Shown: positions 60,740 to 64,000 of the stretch, one piece after another
Layout of the letters: each line of letters starts with the position of its first letter
Position numbering within the stretch: the first letter of the stretch is position 1
Assembly (NCBI GenBank): GCA_963514005.1
Contig: OY740804.1
Location: 19,344,001-19,408,000, forward strand
Reading direction: 5' to 3'
DNA from: Raja brachyura
Taxonomy: Eukaryota
DNA: 64,000 nt
Notes under the pieces: model-generated
Told to the model about the DNA's origin: nothing
The model's database searches: none
What the model saw: the letters and a program-made list of their open reading frames with translations, nothing else
Program-made: the position numbers and the translations under genes

Positions 60740-63700
60740 GAAAACCTATTTATAATGCAGAATAATAAGGAAAAAAAGAATGGAGGAGTCACATTTTGCA
60801 GTTGGAATATTAGGGATGCGAATGATCCAATTAAAAGGGGCAAGATTATGGCCCATTTAAAATCTTTAAAGGTGGACATCGCTTTTCTGCAAGAAACGCA
60901 TACGAAACTACAAACACAGATGAGACTAAGGGCAAACTGGATAGGCCAAACGTATCATTTGTCATTTACTGCTAAAGCTAGAGGAACAGCTATTATTATT
61001 CGGAAAGGTATACCGTTTATATTAAAGAATACAATATCTGATAAAGAAGGAAGATACACGATAATGGCGGGAAAAATTTATTCCACTCCACTGACTCTGA
61101 TAAATATTTATCCACCAAAATTTGATAATCCCCAATTTTTAAAGAAAATTATGGATAAAATAGATGAGTATAATTATCAAAATGTAATATTGAGGGGGGG
61201 GACTTTAACTGTGTTATACATTCATACTTAGACAAATCAATAAAATTAAGGAAGGGTAGCGCTAAATCCAAATCTAGTGAATTCTTAAATACTTATATTA
61301 AAAACACTAATATAACATATGTATGTATAATAGCTAATCCAACAGGAAGGGAATATTTATTTTACTCATCAGTACACAAAACTTATTCAAGAATTGATTA
61401 TTTCTTAGTGGACACAAAATTAATACCATAGACGATTAATCCTAAATACCACAATAGTATTATTTCTGATCACTCTCCGCTGACTTTTACTTTAAAATTT
61501 GAGGGACTGCCAGGTATAAAATTATTTTGGAGATTTAACACACAAATAGCTAATGACTCACAAGGTTACGAGTATGTAAAACAACAAATGAAATTTTCTT
61601 TTGAAACAAACGAGACACCAGGTATTTCACCATTTTTATTATGGGAATCTTTTAAGGCATTTATTCGTGGAGTTATAATTTCGTATCAAAGTTTTCTAAA
61701 TAAAAAAAATAGGACAGAACAATGGACGTTAGAAAAGGAAATTAAATTATTAGAATTAGGAAACGCAAAAGACCCAACCATAGACAAACATAATAAGATA
61801 ACATTATTGAAATTTAAACTTAATCGAATATTATCGGCAAGGGTAATAAGATTATTTCAGATCACAAAACAAGTACAATTTGAATTTGGGGATAAACCAC
61901 ATAAACTTTTAGCAGGACAATTGAAGAAGCAGGAAAAGGAAAAAACAATTAGTAAAATTAAATCAGAGAATGGGGAATTGTTAACTGTACCTAAGGACAT
62001 TAACAAAAGGTTTGCTCAATTTTATCAAAATTTATATACATCTAAAACTAACATTGAAGACAATAAAATTATAAATGTTTTAGATAAGTGTAACTTGCCA
62101 AAATTGGATATCTTAGAACAAGAGGAATTAGGAGCTCAGATTACAAATAAGAGAAACAATAAAAGAACTGAAAAATGGGAAGACACCAGGGCCTGATAGT
62201 TTTAATAATGAATTCAATAAAAGATTTCAGGAGTTAATGGTACCGCGATTACTTAAATTATATAGCTATGCTTTTACTGAAAAGAAATTACCAGAAACTT
62301 TAGCAGAATCTACAATAATGCTTATACCAAAAAAGATAAAGATCTAGAAGATCCCGGCTCGTATAGAGCTATATCACTCTTAAATACAGATCAAAACATT
62401 TTAGCAAAGGTTTTAGCAAAAAGATTGAGCAAATATATTAATAAATTGATAAACCAGGACCAAACAAGGTTTATACCCAAAAGACAATCATTTAACAATT
62501 TGAGACGACTTTTTAATATAATGTATTCACATAAAGGGGAAAAGGAAGACATCAGTTATATCTTTGGACGCAGAGAAAGCATTTGACCATGTAGAGTGGC
62601 AGTATTTATACATAGTACTCCAAAAATTTAATATGGGAGATAATTTTATTAGATGGGTAAAATTATTGTATGATAATCCAACAGTAAGAATATTAACTAA
62701 TAATATGTTGTCTCCAAAATTCCAATTATCACGAAGCAATAGGCAGGGATGTGTATTATCACATAAAGGATAAGAACACATCCGAATATTCAGGAATACA
62801 ATACTAAGGACGCTAATAATAAAATTTCATTATACGCGGATGATATGCTTTTATATATTAGAAATTCAGAAACGAGTATCCCAAATTTATTAAATGTAAT
62901 AGAGGAATTTGGCTCCTTTTCTGGATATAGAATAAATTGGAATAAAAGTGAAATTGTGTCATTACAGCCCCAGAAAGCAAATCATCTATTAAAATTTCCT
63001 TTTAAAATTGCAACAGAAAAATTTAAGTATTTAGGTATTCAAGTTATCAGAAGGTATAAATCATTATTTAACACTAATTTTAGTCCTTTGTTAAATAAAT
63101 TGAACGCTTTGATTAAATTTTGGAAAATGCTACCATTATCATTAATTGGCAGAATAAATACTATAAAAATGATAGTGCTACCACAAATAATATATTTATT
63201 TCAATCCATACCAATATATATATACCAAAATATATATATTTTTAAACTAGACTCTAATATTACTAATTTTATATGGGACTACAAAGCACATATAATTAAA
63301 ATAAATCATTTGTGTAAACCTAAAGATGTAGGGGGACTTGCACTGCCTAATTTTTAATGTCATTATTGGGCAGTGCATATTAAGAATATTATTTATTGGT
63401 TGGATTGTCCTTCTTAACAGATGGAATGGATAAGAATGGAGAAAGAGGATTGCTTTCCTTACGATTTAGGAGTGATCCTCTTCTCCCTGATAAAATTGAA
63501 TAATATATTATATACGAAGAATCCAATCATACACAATATAATTCGAATTTGGAAACAAATAAAATTAACTTTAAAATTAAGAAACTTATCATCATTAACA
63601 CCAATAGCCAATAGTAAAACATATAGACAATGGCAAAGATTGGGAATTAAAAAGTTGGGTGACATGTATGAAATGGGAAATGTATTATCATTTCAACAAT

Positions 63701-64000
63701 TAAAATCAAAATGCAATCTGAATAATAACCAATACTGTAAATATTTACAGATATGTGACTTTATAAAAAAATATATACCAAGATTTAAGAATATAACGAT
63801 AGATCCACTGGAAGAAGCAATGAATATTAAGGCGGACTCACAAAAATTAATATCATATCTATATAACAGTATTCTTAATAGAGAATTGCCATCAACAGAG
63901 GCAATTAGAGAAGACTGGGCAAAAGATTTAATGATAAAAATTTCTAAAGAAACATGGGAGAGATATTTGATATATATACATAAATGTTCGATTAACACTA
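60740..64000 (+). mobile_element. AT-rich L1-clade LINE ORF2, degraded, runs off the window
   Basis: Endonuclease SWNI, FLQETH, YSRIDYF and SDHSP; RT SLDAEKAF and YADD; C-terminal GGLALPNF; multiple stops and frameshifts. Confidence 0.93.

Noticed and set aside
60740-64000. Active L1 element
   Set aside because: Multiple stops, frameshifts and an internal deletion in the RT; no ORF1.

Overview
Repeat-rich vertebrate genomic DNA. The CR1, Penelope and V-SINE content suggests a cartilaginous fish such as a skate or ray (inference). The ORF track does not show the main content, which is two spliced, convergently oriented CD2/SLAM-family immunoglobulin-superfamily genes that I assembled by hand from splice signals and exon phases. 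Gene A (+ strand; leader exon not found, probably upstream of the window) runs IgV 1224-1541, IgC2 4967-5245, neutral TM 14106-14225, then cytoplasmic exons 15930-16018 and 17160-17318. Its tail carries a canonical ITSM (TIYAQV), a junction-assembled YETV and an ITIM/ITSM-like SVYDTV. Gene B (- strand, complete, 268 aa) runs leader 51477-51417, IgV 48945-48628, IgC2 45062-44784, TM 24836-24738 with a CxCxC stalk, an intramembrane Arg and a His, and a 16-aa tyrosine-free tail 22350-22301. The two IgV domains are about 72% identical, while the intron just upstream is about 95% identical. Together they look like an inhibitory/switch versus adaptor-coupled activating paired-receptor system with a diversifying ligand face. 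A dead third C2 exon lies just upstream of gene B's TM exon. The rest is mostly degraded retroelements (CR1, Penelope, L1/Tx1, Rex1, V-SINEs), a truncated Tc1, non-autonomous TIR elements, a structured minisatellite, local duplications and two assembly gaps. All gene models are unverified by transcript data, and identities were counted by eye.
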